A stretch of DNA of 64,000 nucleotides from assembly GCA_964016885.1 (NCBI GenBank), contig OZ024744.1, positions 49,972,001 to 50,036,000 on the forward strand, read 5' to 3'. Source of the stretch: Eledone cirrhosa (Eukaryota). The notes below the pieces were generated by a model. It did no database searches, was not told where the DNA came from, and saw nothing but the letters and a program-made list of their open reading frames with translations. Shown here piece by piece: positions 52,327 through 64,000 of this stretch (the first letter of the stretch is position 1; each line of letters starts with the position of its first letter). The position numbers were made by a program, and so were the translations under genes.

Positions 52327-53583
52327 AGAAAGAAAGAAGTAAAGAAAGAAATAAAGAAATAACGAAATAAGTAAAAGAACTAGGTGGGACGGATTAGGCG
52401 AGGACCCTTTTAAGAGGTATAGGTACGTAAATGATACGGTGACGGGTCAACAAAAGGGGCCAAAATACTAAAGAGACTACCACGAAATAAACAATAAAGG
52501 TTTCCATCTCGGGCACAATGCCAGCAATCACCCAGTGCAGCAAAGTGAACTAATACGAGATAATAATTCTGAGTCCCGAGAAAAATATATACTAATGCTA
52601 ACTCTAAAAGATCTAAAACAAGCTACATGAAAGTTCGTACGAAATAAAGGTAGAATACGGAGAAATAAATTCAGAATCCACCCCGCCCAGAAGAAAAGCG
52701 AAGCAAGAAATACTGAAACGAAAAAATAAGGCATAGGTGCCACTAAGAAATATAGAGGGCACAGAGAATAGTGGGAGCGGTCGGAAAAAGGGGGCAAGTA
52801 TCCGGGGTCTAAGCCAACTGCTATAAAGGGCGGAGTCCGCCAAATCTATCATAGACTAGGGGAGGGGGTGGTGGGGTACTAAGGCTACATGGGGCCAAAG
52901 GGCAGCCTCGGGTGGGCGAGAAAAGACGCCGACAAAGGAGAAGAGCTGGGGTAGAAGGACTAAGGAGAGAGGGGGGAAGGAAATAAAGGAAGCGATAAAA
53001 GAATACAAAGAAGATCTTACGTCTTCCTTGGCAAGCAGGGGTTACCCATTGCAAAATCGGCAAGTGGGGTGTTATAGCCCTAGTCTACCCCCCCCCCGGG
53101 TCATTATGGGGTTTGAGGGCGAGGTAAGTCCTACGCAATCTATGTTACATGCAGTGACCAGTTCATCTTTCTTGTTTAGGAGTTGGTCCGTCGAAAAACA
53201 GCATTTGTAAAGTTTCCTCCGAGCATAAATTGCACGGACGGCGTCCTCCCGTGTAAGAATTGGCTCTGGACAGTAATCTCCAAGTGAGATCATAGGTGAT
53301 GTTGTTGTCCTTGAGGTCCCATATGTGGCCCGAAAGTGTAGTGGCGTGACGCCGGGCCGGGTTTCGGAAGGTATGTCTATGTTGGTATAGCCGGGTCTTG
53401 AAGTCACATGCAGTAAGTCCTATATAGGCTTTGTTGGAGGTATCCGTCCTCACGTTGCACTGGTAGATCACATTACGGTCTCTGCATCTATTGTCGAGTG
53501 GGCAAATAGATCTATCCGGGCAGTTACACCTCCTGGTCGGTTCTCCACTGCTATTTAGGTTATTTCTGCCATCGGGGTTGAGT
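52327..53583 (-). mobile_element. Penelope-like element 3' part (GIY-YIG plus 3' UTR)
   Basis: CNCPDRSICPLDNRC..NVIYQC..AYIGLT..FKTRLYQH..TTLSGHIWDLK..CNLCSEE. Confidence 0.88.
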
Positions 53584-55919
53584 TTTAACATTACAGTTGT
53601 ATATTATATTTTTAACTAAGCAGTTGTTATTTAACGGACATTTAGATCTATCTCTACAGTTACATTTGTTAACTTGGATATTATTTATGCTATTATCGCT
53701 AGGTTTTAAGTTCCTGTTATTTATTCTATTAATATTTTGCGCTAAATTTTTGGTGGATGAGTAGGTTAGTTTTATAGTATGTCTATTGAAAATTGAGTGA
53801 TACCTATGTGTTCTAGGGAAGCGATTATCGAGAGCTTTAAAAAATAGTTTAGCAATGTGGGTTTTAATGTTTAGTGAGAAAGGGGGGGGGGGGGCAAACC
53901 ATATTATATTCCTAGTTCTATTTCTTTTATGGCTTTTGGAATTATTGTAATGCTTTCTATTATAGTTGTTAAGGTTGTGGCCATAATTAAAATAGTTGTT
54001 ATTTTGTTTAATTTGTTTATCATTATCTATGTACATAATTTTATCACTATATCCTGCTCTAGCTAACGCTTCATTGTAATAATGGGCTTTTTCGTCGAAA
54101 ATCTTTTTATTAGATGAGATTCTAGATGTCCGTTAAATAACAACTGCTTAGTTAAAAATATAATATACAACTGTAATGTTAAAACGGACGTTAATTCTTT
54201 TAACTACGTTGGTTCTACATCGACGAAATTTAAACTTCGCTATAGCAACCACAAGAATTCTTTCACAGATCCATCCAAAAAATCTTCAACAGCACTATCA
54301 GGCGTACTCTGGCAACTTAGGCATGATAACGTTAGATATTCGACGACTTGGAATATAGCTTCAAGGGGGATTCCTTTTAATTCATCCTCTGAGACATGTG
54401 ACCTATGTGCGGAGGAGATATTCTTTATACTAAAATCTAAAAATTCCCTTAATCTACGGACAAATTTATTCAGTTGCTGCAGACATAGATTGAACTCAAC
54501 GTTTAAATATAAATTTAAATTTAAAATGTAATTATGTTTGTTTTGATTTGATTTGTAATTATTTATGAAACTAGCCGATAAATCTTTCGATTTCTTCTTT
54601 TTATTAAAACATTCTTTTTATTAAAACATTCTTCATGAATAATTAAACTACCCTAAAAGCTGATGCTAAAATATATCGAATTAAATTTTAAACTAGATAA
54701 ACTTCTATATTATATATAAGAACATATGTAGACCAAATGGGTATCCTAAACTTTTGGAATGATTTCTGCTAGACAGGATTTGGTAAACAATTTTTGTTTT
54801 ATCTGTTTCGACTCTGATGCTTATGATGATCTTGGCAATATATTGTCAATTAACTTTGAAAGGCTGATCTCTGTGTTTTATTTGTATTATTTTTTAATAT
54901 TTTTTAATATTTTGTAATATTTTTTATTTTTAATATTAAATGTTTTAGTTTTCTGTTTATTTATTTATTTATTTTCTTGTCTCTGATATTTTTATTTTTA
55001 TTTTTATTTTTATTTTTATTAATATATTGAAATCTGTTCTCTATTTCTGCTTGATCGACAATCAGGTAGAATAAAGACAAGAATAGTATTGTTAAAATTA
55101 ATATAGACTCTATATATATATGTGTATATATACACACATATATGTATACTTGAATTTTTATAGCACAATGAGAATGTTTTCGTGTGAATTGGGAGTTTGT
55201 TTATAATTATGATATAAACATATGAATTTTTAAAAACTAGACATAAGATCATTACTTTTCACACATTATAGATACATGTCTCATTCATGAATACTGGTAC
55301 TTACATTATAATGCCTGTTTTATACGAACTAATATTTTCTACGGATAAAACATAGCGGTTTTAAATTCTGCATCGTTTATGTCTGGTTGTTTCATTTTCT
55401 CTTTTTCATTCTCTCTTTTTTCTCTCTATATAACGGCTATTTTCTCTCTTAACTACATACATCTCTCTTTACATTAATACTAGAGCTAAATAAATAAATA
55501 AATAAATAAATAAATGTATCAACCGATACTCAACTTCCTAATTTCTCTATCTATCTCTATCTATCTCTTTCTTTTTTCCTCTCTCTATATATATTTCTCT
55601 CTGTTTCTTTACATGAAGTTCTTCTCTTTATCTATCTTTCTATATCCCTTTATTTAGTCACATGCATTTCTTCTTTTTCTTTGTTTCTCTTTCTTTCTCT
55701 CTTTATCTCTTTCTTTTTACAACTGTCCACATTTTTTACTACCAAATCAACCTCCCAAATGCAAGGTGATTGAAAGGTATGTCGTATCTATTTATTTATA
55801 AGACTATTTATATTGTATTTTGTCTGAAGATGGCATAACATATTGTTAATATGATATCTCTGAAATATATATAACGAAATAAATATGGTTTTATAAATAT
55901 AGTTTCCATTTATTTAATA

Positions 55920-55920
<1 letters not shown>
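53583..55920 (+). mobile_element. Penelope-like element family B with inverted 5' segment (53583-54126 on minus)
   Basis: Minus part SRISSNKKIF..IIWFAPP..CNCRDRSKCPL..IIYNCNVK. Plus part CPLNNNC..IIYNC..YVGST..FKLRYSNH..CDLCAEE..CCRH. About 60 bp is duplicated in inverted orientation, and the 3' UTR ends at (TA)n. Confidence 0.85.
55817..55880 (+). ncRNA. Minimal hammerhead at the 3' end of PLE family B
   Basis: ATTTTGT-CTGAAGA-(..CATATT GTT AATATG..)-GAAA-TATATA-TA^-ACGAAAT. Stem I covaries with 11231. Confidence 0.75.
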
Positions 55921-55975
<55 letters not shown>

Positions 55976-56058
55976 TATATATATATATATTCATATATAT
56001 ATATATATTCATATATATATATATATATATATATTCATATATATATATATTCATATAT

Positions 56059-56719
56059 ATCATCATCATCATCATCATCATCAACGTTTAACGTCCGTGT
56101 TCCACGCTTGCATGGGTTTGGACGGGGGTAGTCCCACTTGAGGCAAGAGTGATTGTCTTGCTCACATAGGACTGTCTGGCGGGTTTTCTACAGTTGGATG
56201 CCCTTCCTAACACCAACCACATTTACAGTGTGGGTCTGGGAGGTTTTTACCGTGTTGCCTACACGGCCACATTACAGCGTGGACTGTGTGTTTTTTGTCG
56301 TGACACCTACACGATCTCATTTGTTTCGGCCTGGATGGTGTGGCACCAACACAACTTTACATAGAACGGGGTGGCGTGGATGGGGTGGGGGTGGTGGGAC
56401 GGGGGGGGGGGGTATTTTGTTAGAGATGGCTGTAGTAGGTTTTACTATGTATTTAGGTAAGGCGGGTCTTCTCTATTACTGAGTACCGCCAAAGGTCTCG
56501 GTCCAGTGACATTGTCTTGGTGAGGTGTAAGTGTGTGAGGTCGGAGTTTATCAGCTCGTCCCAGGTTTTTCTAGGTCTGCCTATTCCGTGACTACCGACT
56601 ATCTTTATTGCCCTGCACTTTGTTATACAGCTATCGACTTTCATGCGCATCACGTGTCCATACCAACGTAGCCTTCTCTCGAGTAAACAACATCTGATCC
56701 CTCTTATTTCTAATTTTTT
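56059..56719 (-). mobile_element. RTE LINE 3' fragment with (ATG)n tail
   Basis: Minus frame [19 protein letters not shown], with the same 3' UTR as 3403 and 60590. Confidence 0.88.
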
Positions 56720-56725
56720 ATATTC

Positions 56726-56767
<42 letters not shown>

Positions 56768-56792
56768 TCATATATATATATATATATATATA

Positions 56793-56864
<72 letters not shown>

Positions 56865-57270
56865 TATATATATATATATATATTCATAAAAAGCTCGTTG
56901 AGAAAGTAAACTCCGTTCCTCTTGCTCTAGTAGGCTTTTATATTTATATGTGAGCTGATAGAGTACAGTCTAAGGATTTACAGAAACCCAAGAAGCTAGA
57001 TTTAACACCTTTCTAGTGGGTCCGGGTATGATTTTACATTCATTTAAATTATTGATGTATTGTTTTATTGATATTTTTTATCTGTTTGTCCCGAATCTTC
57101 TATTATCGATTTTTTATCGTATGGTTGATTGTAGACTTGTTCTATATGTGACGGTATTTTAACGATAGTTGTAGCTCTGATTCATCTGAATTATTGAGCC
57201 CTAGCCTCTTGCCGCTCATTTCGAATTTTGTTTATCGTGAACTCGTGCGCCGATTTTTCGATACTCGATC

Positions 57271-57274
<4 letters not shown>

Positions 57275-57335
<61 letters not shown>

Positions 57336-57482
57336 TCATATATATATATATATATATATTCATATATATATATATATATATATTCATATATATATATATA
57401 TATATTCATATATATATATATATTCATATATATATATATATATTCATATATATATATATATATTCATATATATATATATATA

Positions 57483-57526
<44 letters not shown>

Positions 57527-57923
57527 TATATATATATATATTCATATATATATATATTCATATATATATATATATATTCATATATATATATATATTCATA
57601 TATATATATATATATTCATATATATATATATATTCATATATATATATATATTCATATATATATATATATTCATATATATATATATATTCATATATATATA
57701 TATATATATATTCATATATATATATATATTCATATATATATATATTATATATTCATATATATATATATATATTCATATATATATATATTCATATATATAT
57801 ATATATTCATATATATATATATATATATTCATATATATATATATATATTCATATATATATATATATATATTCATATATATATATATATTCATATATATAT
57901 ATATATTCATATATATATATATA

Positions 57924-57969
<46 letters not shown>

Positions 57970-57983
57970 TATATATATATATA

Positions 57984-58031
<48 letters not shown>

Positions 58032-58045
58032 TATATATATATATA

Positions 58046-58129
<84 letters not shown>

Positions 58130-58130
58130 G
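57275..58130. repeat. (TA)n microsatellite interrupted by TTCA (same type at 55920-56058, 59013-59423, 61334-61940, 63190-64000)
   Basis: Read directly from the sequence. Confidence 0.95.
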
Positions 58131-59012
58131 TAAAGATGTACATCCATATATGTATACTGAAATACTAGTATGTATATGAATACACACATGTATACATATG
58201 TAGATGTACCAAGTTTTTTTCACTGGTCACTTTACTGTGAGTGGCCAGCTATTCTGTATGTAAACACACAGACAAACCGGTTTTTAGAGTCATACTGGTT
58301 TTTGAGGGAAACACCTTTCCTCTATTCTCCAGAAAGCCAGACAAGGAATATTGAACTAGTTTCGTTGTTGTTACAACTCATCAGCAATATTTACCTATCT
58401 TCCGGCCTCTCTAGAGAATCGTAAAAGCACATATCGTTATATGCTTTTTCTATGAAAATTAGTAGTGGGCAGACTAATTTGCATAGAGTGTGAGTAAGTA
58501 CCGGTTCAACGGAGACGATAAAAACAAATAACGAAACGAAATTAAACTACTTCGTTTCGTTTGTAACTCACTTTTGTATGACTGACGCTTAAACAATTAA
58601 GTTAAAGATGTACATCCATATATGTATACTGAAATACTAGTATGTATATGAATACACACACGTATACATATGTAGATGTACCAAGTTTTTTTCACTGGTC
58701 ACTTTACTGTGAGTGGCCAGCTATTCTGTATGTAAACACACAGACAAACGTGTTTCCTCAAAAACCAGTATGACTCTAAAAACCGGTTTGTCTGTGTGTT
58801 TACATACAGAATAGCTGGCCACTCACAGTAAAGTGACCAGTGAAAAAAACTTGGTACATCTACATATGTATACGTGTGTGTATTCATATACATACTAGTA
58901 TTTCAGTATACATATATGGATGTACATCTTTAACTTAATTGTTTAAGCGTCAGTCATACAAAAGTGAGTTACAAACGAAACGAAGTTTAATTTCGTTTCG
59001 TTATTTGTTTTT
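58131..59012. mobile_element. Retrozyme-like element, family A, locus 2 (~1.3 units plus inverted arm)
   Basis: Near-identical to 11863-13288. Inversion point near 58748, HHR on minus at 58347-58391, (TA)n flanks. Confidence 0.85.
58347..58391 (-). ncRNA. Minimal type I hammerhead ribozyme (family A)
   Basis: Identical to 12158-12202. Confidence 0.9.
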
Positions 59013-59021
59013 ATATATATA

Positions 59022-59079
<58 letters not shown>

Positions 59080-59348
59080 TATATATATATATATATTCAT
59101 ATATATATATATATTCATATATATATATTCATATATATATATATTCATATATATATATATATATATATTCATATATATATATATATATATTCATATATAT
59201 ATATATAATTCATATATATATATATATATATTCATATATATATATATATATATATTCATATATATATATATATATATATTCATATATATATATATATATA
59301 TATTCATATATATATATATATATATATTCATATATATATATATATATA

Positions 59349-59395
<47 letters not shown>

Positions 59396-59423
59396 TTCAT
59401 ATATATATATTCATATATATATA

Positions 59424-60982
59424 GTCGACTTGGAGAAGGCCTTCGACAGAGTCCCCCGTTCCATTATCTGGTGGGCTCTTAGAAAACTAGGTGTTGATGA
59501 ATGGCTTGTGAGAGCTATACAAGCCATGTATAAAGAAACAGTCAGCAAGGTTAGAATTAACAACGAATATAGTGAAGAGTTTAGTGTAAAAGTTGGTGTT
59601 CATCAGGGCTCTGTTCTTAGCCCCCTACTATTTATTATTGCCCTCCAGGGCTATAACAGGGGAGTTCAAGACCGGCTGCCCATGGGAACTCCTATACGCA
59701 GATTATCTAACGCTCATAGCTGAATCAATGGCCGAGCTAGAGAAGAAATTCCAAACATGGAAGCACGGCCTAGAATCAAAAGGCCTTAAAATTAACCTGG
59801 CTAAGACTAAAGTTCTAGTTTGTAAGAAAGAAGATAAGGCGGCGGTCCCCTCCGGGAAGTGGCCATGCACAGAGTGTAGGAAAGACGTAGGTAGAAATTC
59901 CATTTTGTGTCCCAAATGCAAAGTTTGGGTGCATAAAAGATGTAGTGGGATCACAGGTAAGCTAACTAAGAACATAGATTTTACATGTGGCCGGTGTTCT
60001 GGGGCAATAAGTAGCAGCAAGTGCCCACAAAATACTAGCTCTTTCAACTGCGCAGAGGGTTCTATAGAAATAGTGGAGAGCTTCCGTTACCTGGGTGGAA
60101 AAAGTTCAGAGAGCTTATACCACTATTAGCCGCTAAAGGGTTCTCCCTAAAAATGAAAGGCAGGCTGTACGATGCCTGCACACGAACAGCAATGTTGCAT
60201 GGCAGTGAGACCTGGGCATTGTGTGCAGAGGATATACGCAGACTAGAGAGAAACAAAGCTTGCATGCTCCGCTGGATGTGTAATAGTAATATACGTGAAC
60301 GACAAAGCATAAACGAACTAAGGAAAAAATTAGAAATAAGAGGGATCAGATGTTGTTTACTAGAGAGAAGGCTACGTTGGTATGGTCACGTGATGTGCAT
60401 GAAGGACGATAGCTGTATAACAAATTGCAGGGCAATAAAGATAGACGGTAGCCACGGAATAGGCAGACCCAGAAAAACCTGGGACGAGCTGATAAACTCC
60501 GACCTCACACACTTACACCTCACCAAGACAATGCCACTGGACCGAGACCTTTGGCGGTACTCAGAAATAGAGAAGACCCGCCTTACCTAAATACAAAGTA
60601 AAACTTACTACAGTCAGTAGGCATCTCTAACAAAATACACCCCCCGTCCCACCACCCCCACCCCATCCACACCGCCCCCTTCTATGTAAAGTTATGTTGG
60701 TGCCACACCATCCAGGCCGAAACAAATGAGATCGTGTAGGTGTCACGACAAAAAAACACACAGTCCACGCTGTAATGTGGCCGTGTAGGCAACACGGTAA
60801 AAACCTCCCAGACCCACACTGTAAATGTGGTTGGTGTTAGGAAGGGCATCCAACTGTAGAAAACCTGCCAGACAGTCCTATGCGAGCAAGACAATCACTC
60901 TTGCCTCAAGTGGGAAAACCCCCGTCCAAACCCATGCAAGCGTGGAACACGGACGTTAAACGTTGATGATGATGATGATGAT
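59424..60982 (+). mobile_element. 5'-truncated RTE LINE with a PHD-like finger in the RT C-terminal region
   Basis: [29 protein letters not shown](Y), CTEC..CPKC..HKRC..CGRC, FRYLG, LRWYGHV, GRPRKTW and a (GAT)n tail. Confidence 0.9.
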
Positions 60983-60987
60983 ATATA

Positions 60988-61333
60988 TAAAGAAAAAGAG
61001 ATGAAATCGAAAATGCAACTGAAGTTTATTTTTTTTTTTTTTTAAATATATATATTTATTTGGTTCCTTTACCGGTTTCGCAGTTCTTCTGCTTTTCAAA
61101 AGGTGAGTTGAGATGGAGGGTCTGTGAGAAAAACCACAGACCCTCCATCTCAACTCACCTTTTGAAAAGCAGAAGAACTGCGAAACCGGTAAAGGAACCA
61201 AATAAATATATATATTTTTAAAAAAAATAAGACTTCAGTTGCATTTTCGATTTCATCTCTTTTTCTTTATACTTTCACTCGTGTAGGACACCTCGGTTAT
61301 TTTTCATTTTGTAAAAAAAAACTCACTTTCTAA
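60988..61333. mobile_element. Fold-back element family D, copy 3
   Basis: Palindrome with apex ctgtgagaaaaaccacag. HHR on minus at 61066-61103 and on plus at 61158-61195. Confidence 0.85.
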
Positions 61334-61416
61334 TATATATATATATATATACATATTCATATATATATATATATTCATATATATATATATATTTACATAT
61401 ATATATATATATATTC

Positions 61417-61448
<32 letters not shown>

Positions 61449-61634
61449 ATATATATTCATATATATATATATATTTATATATTCATATATATATATATTT
61501 ATATATATATAGATTCAGATATATATATATATTTATATATATATATATATATATTCATATATATATATATATTTATATATATATATATATATTCATATAT
61601 ATATATATATTTATATATATATATATTCATATTC

Positions 61635-61666
<32 letters not shown>

Positions 61667-61676
61667 ATTCATATTC

Positions 61677-61708
<32 letters not shown>

Positions 61709-61940
61709 ATTCATATATACATATATTCATATATATATATATTCATATTCATAGATATATATATTTATATATATATATATTCATATATACATATATTCAT
61801 ATATATATATATTCATATATATATATATTCATATATATATATATTCATATATATATATATATATATTCATATATATATATATATATATATTCTTATATAT
61901 ATATATATATTCATATATATATATATAAATATATATATTC

Positions 61941-62000
61941 AAATGTAAGTATGTGTGTATACGTACATACATATATGTATACAGACGTACAGTAGCATGC

Positions 62001-62053
<53 letters not shown>

Positions 62054-62675
62054 CAGGTACACATACATACATGCACGTATTAGTTTAGCGGACGCTTATT
62101 ATAACTCCGCTTTGTTCGTTTGTAAACAAACTGAACAGCCTGAATTTTATGCCGTACGGTGTTAAGGCAACCACGTCACCTTTTTGTTCAACACTGACAC
62201 AGGAACGATGTACTAGTTTTAAGCTTGTTAGCTATCATCAGCACCGTGTACCCTTCTGCCAGATAGTTGAATGTTCGAAAGTATATACTTTCCTCATGAA
62301 AATTAACGGCTGAGCAGCCTAATTTGCATATCGAGTGAGTTAAGTCGGTCAGGCATACCGAAAACGATAAGTTGAAATAAAATGAAAACGAAATTTCATT
62401 TCTCACTCTTAGTACGGCACTTACTTAAATGTAAGTATGTGTGTATACGTACATACATATATGTATACAGACGTACAGTAGCATGCGTATATATATATAT
62501 ATATATACATACAGGTACACATACATATATGCACGTATCAGTTTAGCGGACGCTTATTATAACGCCGCATAAAACGGCATAAAATTCAGGCTGTTTAGTT
62601 TGTTTACAAACGAACAAAGCGGCGTTATAATAAGCGCCCGCTAAACTGATATGTGCATATATGTATGTGTACCTG

Positions 62676-62712
<37 letters not shown>

Positions 62713-62830
62713 GCATGCTACTGTACGTCTGTATACATATATGTATGTACGTATACACACATACTTACATTTAAGTAAGTGCCGTACTAAGAGTGAGAAA
62801 TGAAATTTCGTTTTCATTTTATTTCAACTT
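61941..62830. mobile_element. Retrozyme-like element, family E, locus 2 (~486-bp unit, partial second unit, inverted arm)
   Basis: aaatgtaagtatg recurs at 61941 and 62427. Inversion near 62570, octamer at 62322-62329. Confidence 0.8.
62205..62247 (-). ncRNA. Minimal hammerhead, family E (G12A, probably inactive copy)
   Basis: Reverse complement ACGGTG-CTGATGA-TAGC TAACAA GCTT-AAAAC-TA-GTA^-CATCGT. Confidence 0.7.
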
Positions 62831-62974
62831 ATATATATTCATATATATATATATATATTCACATATATATATATATATTCATATATATTCATATATATAT
62901 GAATATATATATATATATATATTCATATATATATATATATATATATATTCGTATATATATATATTCATATATAT

Positions 62975-63190
62975 GGAAAGTTATATTTAAAATTGTTGGG
63001 TTACAACTGCCAAATCAACCTCTTCAAATGCAAGTCGATGTTGTTACGGTATGTCGAATCTATTTATCTATAAAACTGTTTATATTGTATTTTGTCTGAG
63101 GAAGGCATAGCATATTGTTAATATGATATCCCTGAAATATATATAATGAAATAAATATGGTTTTATAAATATAGTTTCCATTTATTTAAT
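62975..63190 (+). mobile_element. Solo PLE family B 3' end with hammerhead at 63089-63152
   Basis: Homologous to 55720-55920. ATTTTGT-CTGAGGA-AGG..CATATT GTT AATATG..CCT-GAAA-TATATA-TA^-ATGAAAT. Confidence 0.8.
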
Positions 63191-63258
63191 ATTATATTCA
63201 TATATATATATATATATTTACATATATATATATTCATATATATATATATATTTACATA

Positions 63259-63298
<40 letters not shown>

Positions 63299-63674
63299 TA
63301 TATATATATATAAATATATATGTATATATGAATATATATGTATGTAAATATATATGTATATATGAATATATATATATATATAATATATATATACATATGA
63401 ATATATATATATATATATATGTAAATATATATATGTAAATATATATATATATATGAATATATATATATGTAAATATATATATATATATGAATATATATAT
63501 ATATGAATATATGAATATATATATATATTCATATATATATATATTCATATATACATATATATTTATATATATGTATATTCATATATACATATATATTTAT
63601 ATATATATTCATATATACATATATATATATATTCATATATATATATATATATTCATATATATATATATATATTC

Positions 63675-63714
<40 letters not shown>

Positions 63715-64000
63715 GTATATATGAATATATATATATATATATATGTGAAAATATATATATATATATATGAATATATATATATATATATTCATATATATAT
63801 ATATTCATATATATATATTCATATATATATATATTCATATATGTATATATATATTCATATATATATATATTCATATATATATATTCATATATATATATAT
63901 ATATATTCATATATGTATATATATATATTCATATATATATATATATATATATTCATATATATATATATTCATATATATATATACATATATATATATATAT

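Overview
This is a 64-kb AT-rich eukaryotic repeat region with no recognisable host gene and a 200-N gap at 52127-52326. The SINE/LINE families and dense (TA)n tracts suggest a mollusc, most likely an octopod cephalopod (inference). It holds decayed retroelements of several clades: RTE LINEs (one with three C-terminal C2H2 fingers, one family with a PHD-like finger), an R4/Dong-like and a CRE-like RLE LINE, at least five Penelope-like (PLE, GIY-YIG) pieces and tRNA-derived SINEs. It also holds a Tigger/pogo remnant and a 13.9-kb 39-bp tandem array that reads as a Thr-rich mucin-like ORF. The main hidden signal is RNA structure: most short non-coding islands between (TA)n tracts are tandem or fold-back elements carrying a type I hammerhead ribozyme (HHR). 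I count about 25 motifs in roughly 10 sequence families, several supported by compensatory base changes. Two related 430-490 bp tandem units combine a minimal HHR, an ATGCAAAT octamer and a shared (TA)n junction, and look like retrozyme/satellite-2-like elements. Another family has a U3-A8 variant core that standard HHR searches would miss. All folds were read by eye, and none has been tested for activity.
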